Part shown: piece after piece, positions 27,255 through 36,189 of the stretch
Layout: each line of letters starts with the position of its first letter
How positions within the stretch are numbered: the stretch's first letter is position 1
Made by a program: the position numbers and the translations under genes
The notes under the pieces: generated by a model
Told to the model about the DNA's origin: nothing
The model's input: only the letters and a program-made list of their open reading frames with translations
Databases searched by the model: none
Source: Tabrizicola sp. BL-A-41-H6
GTDB lineage: Bacteria > Pseudomonadota > Alphaproteobacteria > Rhodobacterales > Rhodobacteraceae
Direction of reading: 5' to 3'
Assembly (NCBI RefSeq): GCF_050632395.1
Contig: NZ_CP192600.1
Location: forward strand, 450,424 to 514,423
DNA length: 64,000 bases

Positions 27255-28090
27255 TGTCCGCCCGCATGTCCCCCGCCCGCACCATCGCAGCCCACGCGGC
27301 GCTGATCACCTACACGCTGATTGCCCTCTTTCCGGTCTTCGTGATCGTCATCAACAGCTTCAAGTCGCGGAAAGCCATTTTTGCCGATCCGCTGGCGCTG
27401 CCCGTGCCAGGTAACTTCGACCTGATCGGCTATGAAACCGTGATGAAACAAGGCGATTTCTTCGCCTACTTCCAGAACTCGATGATCGTGACGGTCGCAT
27501 CGCTGTTCTTCGTGCTGCTGTTCGGGGCGATGGCGGCCTTTGCTCTCAGCGAATACAGGTTCAAGGGCAACACGCTGATGGGCCTTTACCTCGCGCTCGG
27601 CATCATGATCCCGATCCGGCTTGGCACCGTGGCGATCCTGCAGATGATGGTCGCCTCGGGCCTCGTGAATACGCTCACGGCCCTGATCCTCGTTTATACC
27701 GCGCAGGGCCTGCCGCTGGCAGTGTTCATCCTGTCGGAGTTCATGCGCAACGTGTCGGACGATCTGAAGAATGCGGGCCGGATCGACGGGCTGTCGGAAT
27801 ACGCGATCTTCTTCACCCTCGTCCTGCCGCTGGTGCGCCCGGCGATGGCAACCGTCGCGGTCTTCACCATGATCCCGATCTGGAATGACCTGTGGTTCCC
27901 GCTGATCCTTGCCCCGTCAGAGGAGGTGAAGACCATCACCCTTGGCAGCCAGGTCTTCATCGGCCAGTTCGTCACCAACTGGAACGCGGTGCTGGCTGCC
28001 CTCAGCCTCGCCATCGTGCCGGTCCTCGTCATGTATCTGATCTTCTCCCGCCAGCTTATCCGCGGGATCACTGCAGGAGCCGTCAAATGA
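27254..28090 (+). CDS. ABC transporter permease (MalG/UgpE-like)
   Basis: EAA-loop-like NAGRIDGLSEYAIFFTLVLPLVRPA. Its start abuts the upstream stop. Confidence 0.9.
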   Translation: MSARMSPARTIAAHAALITYTLIALFPVFVIVINSFKSRKAIFADPLALPVPGNFDLIGYETVMKQGDFFAYFQNSMIVTVASLFFVLLFGAMAAFALSEYRFKGNTLMGLYLALGIMIPIRLGTVAILQMMVASGLVNTLTALILVYTAQGLPLAVFILSEFMRNVSDDLKNAGRIDGLSEYAIFFTLVLPLVRPAMATVAVFTMIPIWNDLWFPLILAPSEEVKTITLGSQVFIGQFVTNWNAVLAALSLAIVPVLVMYLIFSRQLIRGITAGAVK

Positions 28091-29109
28091 TCCGCGTCTT
28101 GGTTGCAGGTTTGGGCAACATGGGCCGCAGCCATGCGCTTGCCTATCACCGGGATCCGGCCTTCGAACTGGTCGGCCTTGTGAACCGCAGCCTGCCGACG
28201 CTTGACACCGCACTGGCCGGCTACGCCATCACGCCTGACTTCAATGAGGCTCTAAACCGCCTGAAACCCGATCTTGTCTGCGTCTCCACCTACTCCGACA
28301 GCCACGCCGACTATGCCATCGCCGCGATGGAGGCTGGAGCGGATGTGTTCGTCGAAAAGCCGCTTGCCACCACCGTCGCCGATGCGCGCCGGGTGGCAGA
28401 GGCGGCGGCGCGGCTGGGGCGGAAGGTCGTGGTCGGGTATATCCTGCGCCATCACCCCTCGTGGATCAGGCTGATCGAGGAGGCGCGCGCTTTGGGCGGG
28501 CCGTACGTCTTCCGCCTCAACCTCAACCAGCAGTCCACCGGGGCTACGTGGGAGGTGCACAAGGCCCTGATGCAGACCACCTCGCCCATCGTCGATTGCG
28601 GCGTGCATTACGTTGACGTGATGTGCCAGATCACCGACGCCAAACCGGTGGAGGTGCGCGGCATGGGCCTGCGCCTGTCGAACGAGATCGCGCCCGACAT
28701 GTACAACTACGGCCATTTCCAGGTGCTGTTCGATGACGGCTCCCTCGGCTGGTACGAGGCGGGCTGGGGCCCGATGATGTCGGACACCGCGTTTTTCGTG
28801 AAAGACGTGGTCAGCCCGAAAGGTGCCGTGTCGATCAAGATGCCGGAAAGCGTGCGTTCCGACGACGTCGACACCCACACCAAGACGTCGATGCTGCGGA
28901 TCCACCGCGTCGGCCAACCGGATCAGGACCTGAACATGGCCGACGAACCCGGCCATCAGGAATTGTGCGAACGCGAGCAGGCCTTCATGGCCCGCGCCAT
29001 CACCGAAAACATCGACCTCACCCGCCACCTGCAAGACGCGGTGCAGTCGCTTGCCATCTGCCTTGCCGCGGACGAAAGCGTCCGGTCCGGCCAACCAGTG
29101 AAATTGTGA
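28087..29109 (+). CDS. Gfo/Idh/MocA-family oxidoreductase embedded in the ABC operon
   Basis: MIRVLVAGLGNMGRSHA Rossmann N-terminus and VFVEKPLA motif. ATGA overlap with the permease stop. Confidence 0.87.
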   Translation: MIRVLVAGLGNMGRSHALAYHRDPAFELVGLVNRSLPTLDTALAGYAITPDFNEALNRLKPDLVCVSTYSDSHADYAIAAMEAGADVFVEKPLATTVADARRVAEAAARLGRKVVVGYILRHHPSWIRLIEEARALGGPYVFRLNLNQQSTGATWEVHKALMQTTSPIVDCGVHYVDVMCQITDAKPVEVRGMGLRLSNEIAPDMYNYGHFQVLFDDGSLGWYEAGWGPMMSDTAFFVKDVVSPKGAVSIKMPESVRSDDVDTHTKTSMLRIHRVGQPDQDLNMADEPGHQELCEREQAFMARAITENIDLTRHLQDAVQSLAICLAADESVRSGQPVKL

Positions 29110-29115
29110 GGGTGC

Positions 29116-30129
29116 ATGGGCGCGCTTGACCTGAAGGCTGTCACCAAAAGCTTCGGCGCCACCGAGGTCATCAAGGGCATCGACCTTGAGGTGCGGGAGG
29201 GCGAGTTTTGCGTCTTCGTCGGCCCCTCGGGCTGCGGCAAGTCCACCCTGCTTCGCATCATCGCGGGTCTGGAGGATGCGACCTCGGGCGACATCCTGCT
29301 TGATGGCAAGCGCGTCAACGACGTGGCCCCCGCCAAGCGCGAACTGGCGATGGTGTTCCAAAGCTACGCGCTTTACCCGCACCTGTCGGTCCGCGACAAC
29401 ATGGGCCTCGCCTTGAAACAGGCGGGCAAACCCCGGGCCGAGATCACGGCGATGACCGACCGCGCCGCCAAGATGCTGTCGCTCGACGCGCTTCTTGACC
29501 GTCGCCCGGCGGAACTCAGCGGCGGCCAGCGTCAGCGTGTCGCAATCGGCCGCGCCATCGTGCGCACGCCGAAACTCTTTCTGTTCGACGAACCCCTCTC
29601 CAACCTCGACGCCGCCCTGCGCGTCGCCACCCGGATCGAGATCGCCCGCCTGCACCGCGACCTGAAGGCCACGATGATCTACGTCACCCACGACCAGGTC
29701 GAAGCGATGACCCTTGCCGACCGCATCGTTGTCTTGCGCGCGGGCAAGGTGGAGCAGGTCGGCACCCCGATGGAGCTTTACAACAACCCCGCCAACACCT
29801 TCGTCGCGGGCTTCATCGGCAGCCCGCAGATGAACTTCCTTGACGCCGCCGCCCTGGGTCACCCGCCCGGCCAGATCGGCGCGCGGCCCGAACACATCGG
29901 CTTGTCGCGGCAAACCGGCGACCTGTCCGGTCAGGTCAGCCATGTCGAAAAGCTGGGTGGCGAAACGCTGGTCTATGTGCGCAGCGACGTGCATGGCCTG
30001 CTTACCGTGCGGCTGTTCGGTGAACACGATTACGCCGTGTCAGAGACGGTTTTCCTGACCCTGCCCACCGATCGGCTGTTCCATTTCGCCCCTGACGGTC
30101 GCCGCCGCCAACCAACAGCCGTGGTCTAG
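29116..30129 (+). CDS. ABC transporter ATP-binding protein (MalK/UgpC-like)
   Basis: Walker [10 protein letters not shown], signature [14 protein letters not shown], Walker [13 protein letters not shown], plus a C-terminal regulatory domain. Confidence 0.93.
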   Translation: MGALDLKAVTKSFGATEVIKGIDLEVREGEFCVFVGPSGCGKSTLLRIIAGLEDATSGDILLDGKRVNDVAPAKRELAMVFQSYALYPHLSVRDNMGLALKQAGKPRAEITAMTDRAAKMLSLDALLDRRPAELSGGQRQRVAIGRAIVRTPKLFLFDEPLSNLDAALRVATRIEIARLHRDLKATMIYVTHDQVEAMTLADRIVVLRAGKVEQVGTPMELYNNPANTFVAGFIGSPQMNFLDAAALGHPPGQIGARPEHIGLSRQTGDLSGQVSHVEKLGGETLVYVRSDVHGLLTVRLFGEHDYAVSETVFLTLPTDRLFHFAPDGRRRQPTAVV

Positions 30130-30998
30130 CCGCGCGCGGCGTTCCACGCGGCCAGAACCTGCCCCGCCGCATCGCCCGCCACCACGCCCAGCAACACCGC
30201 GCCCTCCGCCTGCAGGCAAAGGATGCTGTGGCCGCTTACCAGATCGTTGCCCAGAACGGTGCAGACGGGCTCGCCTGCGGCCTGTGTCAGCCGGTCAAGT
30301 TGCTGCATCAGCGCGTCGGCCTCGTCGTTCAGGAAATCCTCAAGCGGCGCGACCATTTCCTCGGGGCCGAACCGGCCCTGTTCCTCGTCGCCCGATCGGA
30401 TCAGCCAGGCGGCCAACCCGTCGCCCATCTGCGCCACGAAGGCTTGAAGGAACCCGACCGTTTCCGGTCCGGCCTCCGCTTCGGGTTCAACGCCATCCCC
30501 CACGCTTTCCACGGCCTCAGCCTCAGCCTCGGCCTCAACCGAGTCGGCACCTTCGTCGTTCAGATCAATTCCCAGATGGTCCGCAAGGCGCGCCACCGGC
30601 AGCCCCACGCTCAGCCCCTCGCTGCGGCCCAGCGGGGCGGCGATCACCCGCAGGGTCGACCCACTTGCCGTCAGCGCGCTGAAAACCCCTGCCAGATCCT
30701 CGCGGTTGGCATCGTCCAGCGCCGGCACGCCAAGGCAGGCCTCCGCGCCGGCAATCCCGCTTGCCGCCGTCACCCGCAGCACCCTGCGCCCCGCCACGTC
30801 CAGCGACAGCGTCGCCCCCGCATCGGTCGAAAACACCAGGGATCGGCCCAGCAGCGTCTCGTTGATCTCGCGCAGCAGCGCAGCCAATGGCGAGGCCATC
30901 CCCGGCCCACCGATCACGCGCAACGCGCCCGGCGCGAACGTCGCCGGGGCCTGCAGCGCCCGAAGTCGGGCCATTACTGGGGTCGTCTTGTCTTTCAA
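30126..30998 (-). CDS. Hypothetical two-domain protein with acidic EAEAEAEA linker, last gene of the FHA/PP2C/GTPase operon; C-terminal half Roadblock/LC7-like by pattern
   Basis: 290-aa ORF with native codon bias. No catalytic motif recognised. Start uncertain (TTG 30998 or ATG 30974). Its stop overlaps the convergent ABC ATPase stop (CTAG). Confidence 0.55.
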   Translation of the reverse strand: MKDKTTPVMARLRALQAPATFAPGALRVIGGPGMASPLAALLREINETLLGRSLVFSTDAGATLSLDVAGRRVLRVTAASGIAGAEACLGVPALDDANREDLAGVFSALTASGSTLRVIAAPLGRSEGLSVGLPVARLADHLGIDLNDEGADSVEAEAEAEAVESVGDGVEPEAEAGPETVGFLQAFVAQMGDGLAAWLIRSGDEEQGRFGPEEMVAPLEDFLNDEADALMQQLDRLTQAAGEPVCTVLGNDLVSGHSILCLQAEGAVLLGVVAGDAAGQVLAAWNAARG

Positions 30999-31028
30999 GT
31001 GCCTTGCCGAACCATTCGCCCAAAGGCG

Positions 31029-31409
31029 TTACGCATTCCCGCTGATGTCGTCCAGCGTGCTGCGAAGTGTCGCGACAAATGCGCCAAGGTCAATGGAGTG
31101 ATCGCATATACAGCAGATCGCGTCGTCAGTCTCGGCCTGCGCACGCAGAAACAGCTTCACGCCCGACCCGTCCACGACCAACGCCCCGTGCGCCGTGCCG
31201 AACGCCTGTTCGGCCAGCGTCGACATCGGTTCGCCAAAACTGGCCGAGGCATCGGCGCACAACTGGTCCAGATGTTCCTGCGTCATGTCCACCGACCCGG
31301 CGCTGCTCAGCACCATGCGCGAGGCAAGGTCGGCATAGGCGATCACCCGCGCCTGCGGATGCGCCGTCGCCACGGATTGCAATGCGTCCTGAACCCCCAC
31401 GGGCATCAT
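31029..31409 (-). CDS. Small (126 aa) hypothetical protein, Roadblock/LC7/MglB-like by size and alternating helix/strand pattern
   Basis: ALQSVATAHPQARVIAYADLASRMVLSSAG...HGALVVDGSGVKLFLRAQAETDDAICCICDHSIDLGAFVATLRSTLDDI. It lies directly downstream of the GTPase genes. Fold assignment is inference only. Confidence 0.55.
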   Translation of the reverse strand: MMPVGVQDALQSVATAHPQARVIAYADLASRMVLSSAGSVDMTQEHLDQLCADASASFGEPMSTLAEQAFGTAHGALVVDGSGVKLFLRAQAETDDAICCICDHSIDLGAFVATLRSTLDDISGNA

Positions 31410-31432
31410 CCTTTAGAATCTGGGCCGCAGCC

Positions 31433-32416
31433 TCAGCCCTTCGATTGCGTCAACGGCGAAGCGGGGCCAGCGGCACCACCGCCATCCTGCGGCGGGGCGC
31501 TGGTACGTTCGGCAAATGGCACCACATTGCCGCCAAGCGCAACCGGCCGTGCCGCATCGGGGCGGGGCTGGCGTGCGCCGGTGGTAGCCACGCGGCGTGG
31601 CATGACCCGCTCGCCCAAAGGCACCGTCTGCCCTGTTTTCACCAGACGAAGCCGGTCGAAATGCGTCGACACAAGGCTCGATTCACCGGCCGATACTGGC
31701 TCGTCGCCGTCTTGCACCTGTTCTTCGTCGGTCAGCGTCGCGTCGCTGTCGGCCAGCCGATTGACCAGATCATACAATGCGTTGGTAAAGGCATAGCCCC
31801 CGCTTGCGACCCATTTCTGCTGGTCATCCCCCGCTGCCATCGCCTGCGTCAGCGAAATCGGGAAGAACTCGGCAAACAGCCCGCGCGTTTCGGTGGCCAC
31901 TCGCTTCAACACGCGCAGCCGGTCAGCCTCGCTGATGATTTTGTCAAAGCGCGTCACCAGCAACATGCTGTGGGCGCGCAATTCCTCGGGGAAGGTCGCC
32001 CAGACGCCGGCTTCCGATTGCCGCCACGCCTGCGTCGCATGGGTGCACCACAGGACGCCATCCGCTAGATGCGCCATCCGTTCCCACACTTCGGGCGCCA
32101 TGCTCGGGTCGGAAATCCCGGGCATGTCGATCAGGTCGCAATATTTCAACATCTCGCTTTTCAGGTAGATGCGCACATGCTCCGTCCCGTCCAGGGACAC
32201 GCTGCCAAGGTCGGCCACGTCCAAAGGTTCGCGCTCGCCATCCAGACGTTGCACATAGGCATCGCCCGCCCCGTAACTTAGCCAGACCGGCGGCAATTGC
32301 GTCGCCGTGACCTTCTCCAACAGCGGACGCGACCCCAGAAGCACGTTGCACAGCGTGCTCTTGCCGGAACTGAATTCGCCCATGATCGCAAGGCGCGGTT
32401 TGCGGTGGTTTGCCAT
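31433..32416 (-). CDS. Dynamin-N-type GTPase (327 aa) with Pro/Gly-rich C-terminal tail
   Basis: G1 GEFSSGKSTLCNVLLG, G3 DMPG, G4 TRFD. Confidence 0.8.
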   Translation of the reverse strand: MANHRKPRLAIMGEFSSGKSTLCNVLLGSRPLLEKVTATQLPPVWLSYGAGDAYVQRLDGEREPLDVADLGSVSLDGTEHVRIYLKSEMLKYCDLIDMPGISDPSMAPEVWERMAHLADGVLWCTHATQAWRQSEAGVWATFPEELRAHSMLLVTRFDKIISEADRLRVLKRVATETRGLFAEFFPISLTQAMAAGDDQQKWVASGGYAFTNALYDLVNRLADSDATLTDEEQVQDGDEPVSAGESSLVSTHFDRLRLVKTGQTVPLGERVMPRRVATTGARQPRPDAARPVALGGNVVPFAERTSAPPQDGGGAAGPASPLTQSKG

Positions 32417-32437
32417 GGCTACTGCTCTTTTCTTCCG

Positions 32438-34510
32438 TCAGTCTGCATAAACGCTCAGCTCGTCCATCACCGTCGCCAAGCCGGCTTGACGGTCTTCCCA
32501 CGCGTTGACGCCGAAAAGCTCCTTCATTTCGGCAATCGACACGTCGGAACTGGCCAGCGCGCTGGTCAGCAGCTCCCGCTGTTCGTGCAGGAAATCCCTC
32601 AGCGTCTTCTGCGTGCGTTCACGGAACAGGCCGATCTGTATGGTCTTGAGATCATTGATGATCGGGTCGGTCTCTGCACGGATCAGCTTGTAGAAATCCT
32701 CGGCAAAGGCCTGATAGCCGCGCCGCCGCTGCCACCAGCCCTTCCACCAGCTGACCTGCAGGTCCAGCGCGATGGTCTGGCCAAGGTTGATCGGCGGCGG
32801 GATGTAGGTCACCACCGGCACCTCGATCTTGAACCCCTCGACCGTGATCGAGAAGGTGCGCCCGTAAAGATCCGCCACCAGCCGCGCGGCATCGCCGTTC
32901 ACCTCGGCGGCGATGGCGTGCATCTTCTTCAGCAGCACCTGATAGCTTGAACTCAGCAGCATCCGCAGCCCCAGCGGGCTGTAGTGCCACATCGCGTCTT
33001 CGCCGTTGTTCTGCAGATGCTCGATCAGCGATGACGTCGCACGCTCCAGAAACCGCTCGTAGGATTGGTCGATCCGGTTGGTGAAATCGGCGCAGGCCAG
33101 ATTGGTGCGCTGCATCAGCCGCTCGGTGCAGTCGGTCTCGATCCGGGTCAGTTCGGCGTCCAGCGCCTCCGGCGTCATGCTGCGGGTCAGCGCGCCTTCC
33201 TGCTCCAGGATGCGCACCTGATCCACCACATCCAGACTCTGCGCCAGGTTCAGCGCCTGCCGAGCCGATTTCTGCAACGTCTCCAGCACCGGGCCTTCGA
33301 ACATCCGCTGCGCCAGCGCCTCGATCAGCGCCGGCACGCCCGACGCCGCCCAGACCAGATGGTCCGCCGTCCACGTATCCACGCGGTCGGCAAAGGCAGA
33401 CCGCGTCCAGTTGATCGCGGCGTTGGTGCTGTCATCCGGCATCTCGTCGATCGTGCCCGACAGCACGGCATTGGCCCACTGCGCGCTGCCGAAGATGATG
33501 TCGATGTTCGCCGGCGCGTTGTTCTTGCCCAGCGTCTCAAGGATCGACCGGTGAATTTCCGGCACTTGCGTCGCCGGGTCGGACAATTCGTCGATCCGGT
33601 TGACGAAGATGATGATCTCTCGCGACGCTCGGTGCGCAATCATGCGGATCAGCGCCATATCCATCGTGGTCAGCGCCTGATGCGCCGACAGCACGACAAT
33701 GCAGGTCCGGCTGTCGCGCACCGCGTTGATGGTGATCTGCTCGCGCATCATGAAGGTGTCGTTCACACCGGGCGTGTCGCGCACGCAAAGCGACGTCGGA
33801 ATATCCGCCCGCTCGATGTAAAGATCCGCCGATTTGGTAATGTCGACAAAGCGGCCCTGATCGTCGGCCTCGATCTCCTCGTCGCCGACGCAGACATAGC
33901 GTTTCAGAAGCGCGTCATCGACCTTGCCATAGCGGTGCTCGGTGCCCAAGAGCATCTCGAACTTGCGGCCCAGCCGGGCGCGCGCCTTCTCGCGCATCGC
34001 CACAACCTGCAAGCGCAGCTTCTCCAGCTCGTCATCCGCCCCGGCCCGCGCCGCCAACTGGCCGATTCGGCCGCCGTTGCTGATCAGCCGGTCCCATTCC
34101 GCCCCGTCAAAGAACTTGAACCTCGCCTTCACGTTCGGGTCCGGGCTGGGCGTGTTGATGTGCAGCGACGTGACCACCGAAGTCCACGGGTTCACGTCCG
34201 TCGGCAACAGCCCCGGCGCGCCGATCATCGCGTTGACCAGCGACGTCTTGCCCGCCTTGATCTGCCCGATCACCGTGACCGAAGGCTCGATTTCCCGCGT
34301 TTGTTGTTGAATTCGCGCAAGTTTTTTCGCCGTCTCCGGGTCGGCAAGGCTCATGAAATCGCCCAGAACGTCCTCAAAGTCCTGAACCGCCTCGGCGATC
34401 CGCGCCAGTCCGGGAAAGGTTCGCCGTATCGGCGAGTCCGCAGCGGGCGCGACCTGCGCGACCTGTTCTGCGTTCACTGCGTCCATCTTCACGACTGCGC
34501 CTCGTCCCAT
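32438..34510 (-). CDS. Bacterial dynamin-like protein (690 aa)
   Basis: G1 GQIKAGKTSLVNAMIG, G3 DTPG, G4 NRID, followed by about 400 aa of predicted helical stalk and a Trp/Arg-rich patch SWWKGWWQRRRG. GAGGG lies 6 nt upstream of ATG 34510. Confidence 0.85.
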   Translation of the reverse strand: MGRGAVVKMDAVNAEQVAQVAPAADSPIRRTFPGLARIAEAVQDFEDVLGDFMSLADPETAKKLARIQQQTREIEPSVTVIGQIKAGKTSLVNAMIGAPGLLPTDVNPWTSVVTSLHINTPSPDPNVKARFKFFDGAEWDRLISNGGRIGQLAARAGADDELEKLRLQVVAMREKARARLGRKFEMLLGTEHRYGKVDDALLKRYVCVGDEEIEADDQGRFVDITKSADLYIERADIPTSLCVRDTPGVNDTFMMREQITINAVRDSRTCIVVLSAHQALTTMDMALIRMIAHRASREIIIFVNRIDELSDPATQVPEIHRSILETLGKNNAPANIDIIFGSAQWANAVLSGTIDEMPDDSTNAAINWTRSAFADRVDTWTADHLVWAASGVPALIEALAQRMFEGPVLETLQKSARQALNLAQSLDVVDQVRILEQEGALTRSMTPEALDAELTRIETDCTERLMQRTNLACADFTNRIDQSYERFLERATSSLIEHLQNNGEDAMWHYSPLGLRMLLSSSYQVLLKKMHAIAAEVNGDAARLVADLYGRTFSITVEGFKIEVPVVTYIPPPINLGQTIALDLQVSWWKGWWQRRRGYQAFAEDFYKLIRAETDPIINDLKTIQIGLFRERTQKTLRDFLHEQRELLTSALASSDVSIAEMKELFGVNAWEDRQAGLATVMDELSVYAD

Positions 34511-34632
34511 TCTTACCCTCGAATTTCTGCTAACAGTGCCACTGGATACAACTACCGGTCAGACAAGCCTTATGTTGGGATAGTGGTGCCAATTGGGCAG
34601 AGTTTAGACGAATCTTCGGAGATCAATCCGCC

Positions 34633-36183
34633 CTAGGCGGCCATCAATGTTTCCAGATCGCGCCGAATCTGCAGAAGCATGGTGATCGCGTCGTCTGCGG
34701 GTGCCGGCCCCTTTTCCAGTTTCATCAGCAGCACCAGATCCTGAATTTCGCCAAGGTCGGTTGCTATTCGGCGGACCGGGCGGGCAGCGGCCTTTCCCAG
34801 GATCGCCGCCACGTCGTCGGTTGTGGCATGGCTCAGGTCAAGGATCTCCTCCACCGGCACGGCCTTCATCCCGGCAACGCTGTCCACCATCCGCGCCGCA
34901 CTGTCCGCAATCACCGCTACCGCCGCTTCGACGATGGCCCGGTCCGCTGGTGACAGCATTTCGCGCATCGTCGCGGCGGGCGGCAACGGGCGCGCTGTCA
35001 CACGGGTCCGCGGGCGCATCGCCTCGCTGTCGCCCTTCGGCACCAGAATAAGCGGCGTCTGCCTTGGCGGGCGCGGCACTTGACGCATTTCGGGCCGCGC
35101 TTCGGCGGCTTCTGTCGGGGATGGGTCAACCGCCGCGATCCTGTCCAGCGTGGAACGCGGCAGGCTTGGCGGCACATAGACCGGCGGTGAAAAGCTGGGC
35201 GGTGCAGACAGCACGCGGCGCAGCAGCGGGCGCGTTTCGGCTCGCACGGGTGCGGCAGGCGTCGGCGGCGCGATCTCGGGCAGCGCGTCCGGCACGGCAA
35301 CCGGCCCGGCAGGCAGCACTGGCACAGGGTCGGCCACGCGCCGCTGTGTGCGCTGCGGCGGCCGGGCATGGCGCAGCAACAGCGCCTCGGCCGTGGCCGC
35401 ATCGGCCTTGTGCGCCATTTCGACGCGCGACTTGATCGCGGAAATCACTGCCGAGGCACCGCTGTCGCGAAACTGCTCGCGGTCGACCGTGCCATCCGGC
35501 AACAGCGCACGCCCCGCCTCCAGCACCGAAATCGGCAACACGCGGCGGAACTCCTGCCCCGCCCGCGCCTCGATCCGTTTTACCACGCCCGCAACCGCGT
35601 CTTGCGAACCGATCAGATCGGTCTTTGTCACCAGAAGAAAACCGTTGTCCTTGGTCTGGTCGGGCAGGGCTTCCCACAGCATCTGCTCGCGCGGCAGGAA
35701 GGCCGTGCTGCACCAGACCACGATATCCGCCCGTTTGCCCGCCCAGGCCATTGCGCGGCGCTGGTCCTGCTCCGACGGGCCGGCCGCCACTTCCAGAAGG
35801 CTGATCACCGACAGCGCCGGAAGATCGCATTCCAGCGTCACCAGTGCGGGCTGCAATTCCACCGTGTCGGCCAGATCAGTGCCGTCGATCACCTCGCTTG
35901 ACCCGTCGGCCAGCGTGCAGATCATCCGCGCCTCACCGCCGCGCTGCACCAGAACCGTCGGCAGGGCCAGATCTTCCGGCACCACCGTCTCTCCGGCCAG
36001 CAAGTTCAGCACCGCCGTCTTGCCCGCGCCTTGCATCCCAAGGATCGCCACCCGCGCCGGGCGTTCCAGCCGTTCAATCAGCCGCTCGGCCGCTTCGGCC
36101 GGCCCTCCAGCAGGCAAATGGCCCCGGTCAAGCGCACGGCCAAGGCGTTCTATGATCGACAGCGTGGGTTCAAGGCTCGACAT
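34633..36183 (-). CDS. Divergent P-loop GTPase (516 aa), paralogous to the 327-aa GTPase, with Pro-rich linker and unknown C-terminal domain
   Basis: G1 GMQGAGKTAVLN and G4 TKTD. The block ADIVVWCSTA...LLVTKTD aligns with ADGVLWCTHA...LLVTRFD of the 327-aa protein. The G3 position reads DLPA/EVAAG rather than DxPG. Confidence 0.7.
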   Translation of the reverse strand: MSSLEPTLSIIERLGRALDRGHLPAGGPAEAAERLIERLERPARVAILGMQGAGKTAVLNLLAGETVVPEDLALPTVLVQRGGEARMICTLADGSSEVIDGTDLADTVELQPALVTLECDLPALSVISLLEVAAGPSEQDQRRAMAWAGKRADIVVWCSTAFLPREQMLWEALPDQTKDNGFLLVTKTDLIGSQDAVAGVVKRIEARAGQEFRRVLPISVLEAGRALLPDGTVDREQFRDSGASAVISAIKSRVEMAHKADAATAEALLLRHARPPQRTQRRVADPVPVLPAGPVAVPDALPEIAPPTPAAPVRAETRPLLRRVLSAPPSFSPPVYVPPSLPRSTLDRIAAVDPSPTEAAEARPEMRQVPRPPRQTPLILVPKGDSEAMRPRTRVTARPLPPAATMREMLSPADRAIVEAAVAVIADSAARMVDSVAGMKAVPVEEILDLSHATTDDVAAILGKAAARPVRRIATDLGEIQDLVLLMKLEKGPAPADDAITMLLQIRRDLETLMAA

Positions 36184-36189
36184 GTAGGC

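Noticed and set aside
34540-34600. Sigma-54 promoter (TGGCAC motifs: TTGGCACCACTATCCC and TGGCACTGTTAGCAG on the minus strand) in the intra-operon gap.
   Set aside because: The GG-to-GC spacing is 8 nt in one and there is no -12 GC in the other, against the required GG-N10-GC. No enhancer-binding protein gene is nearby.
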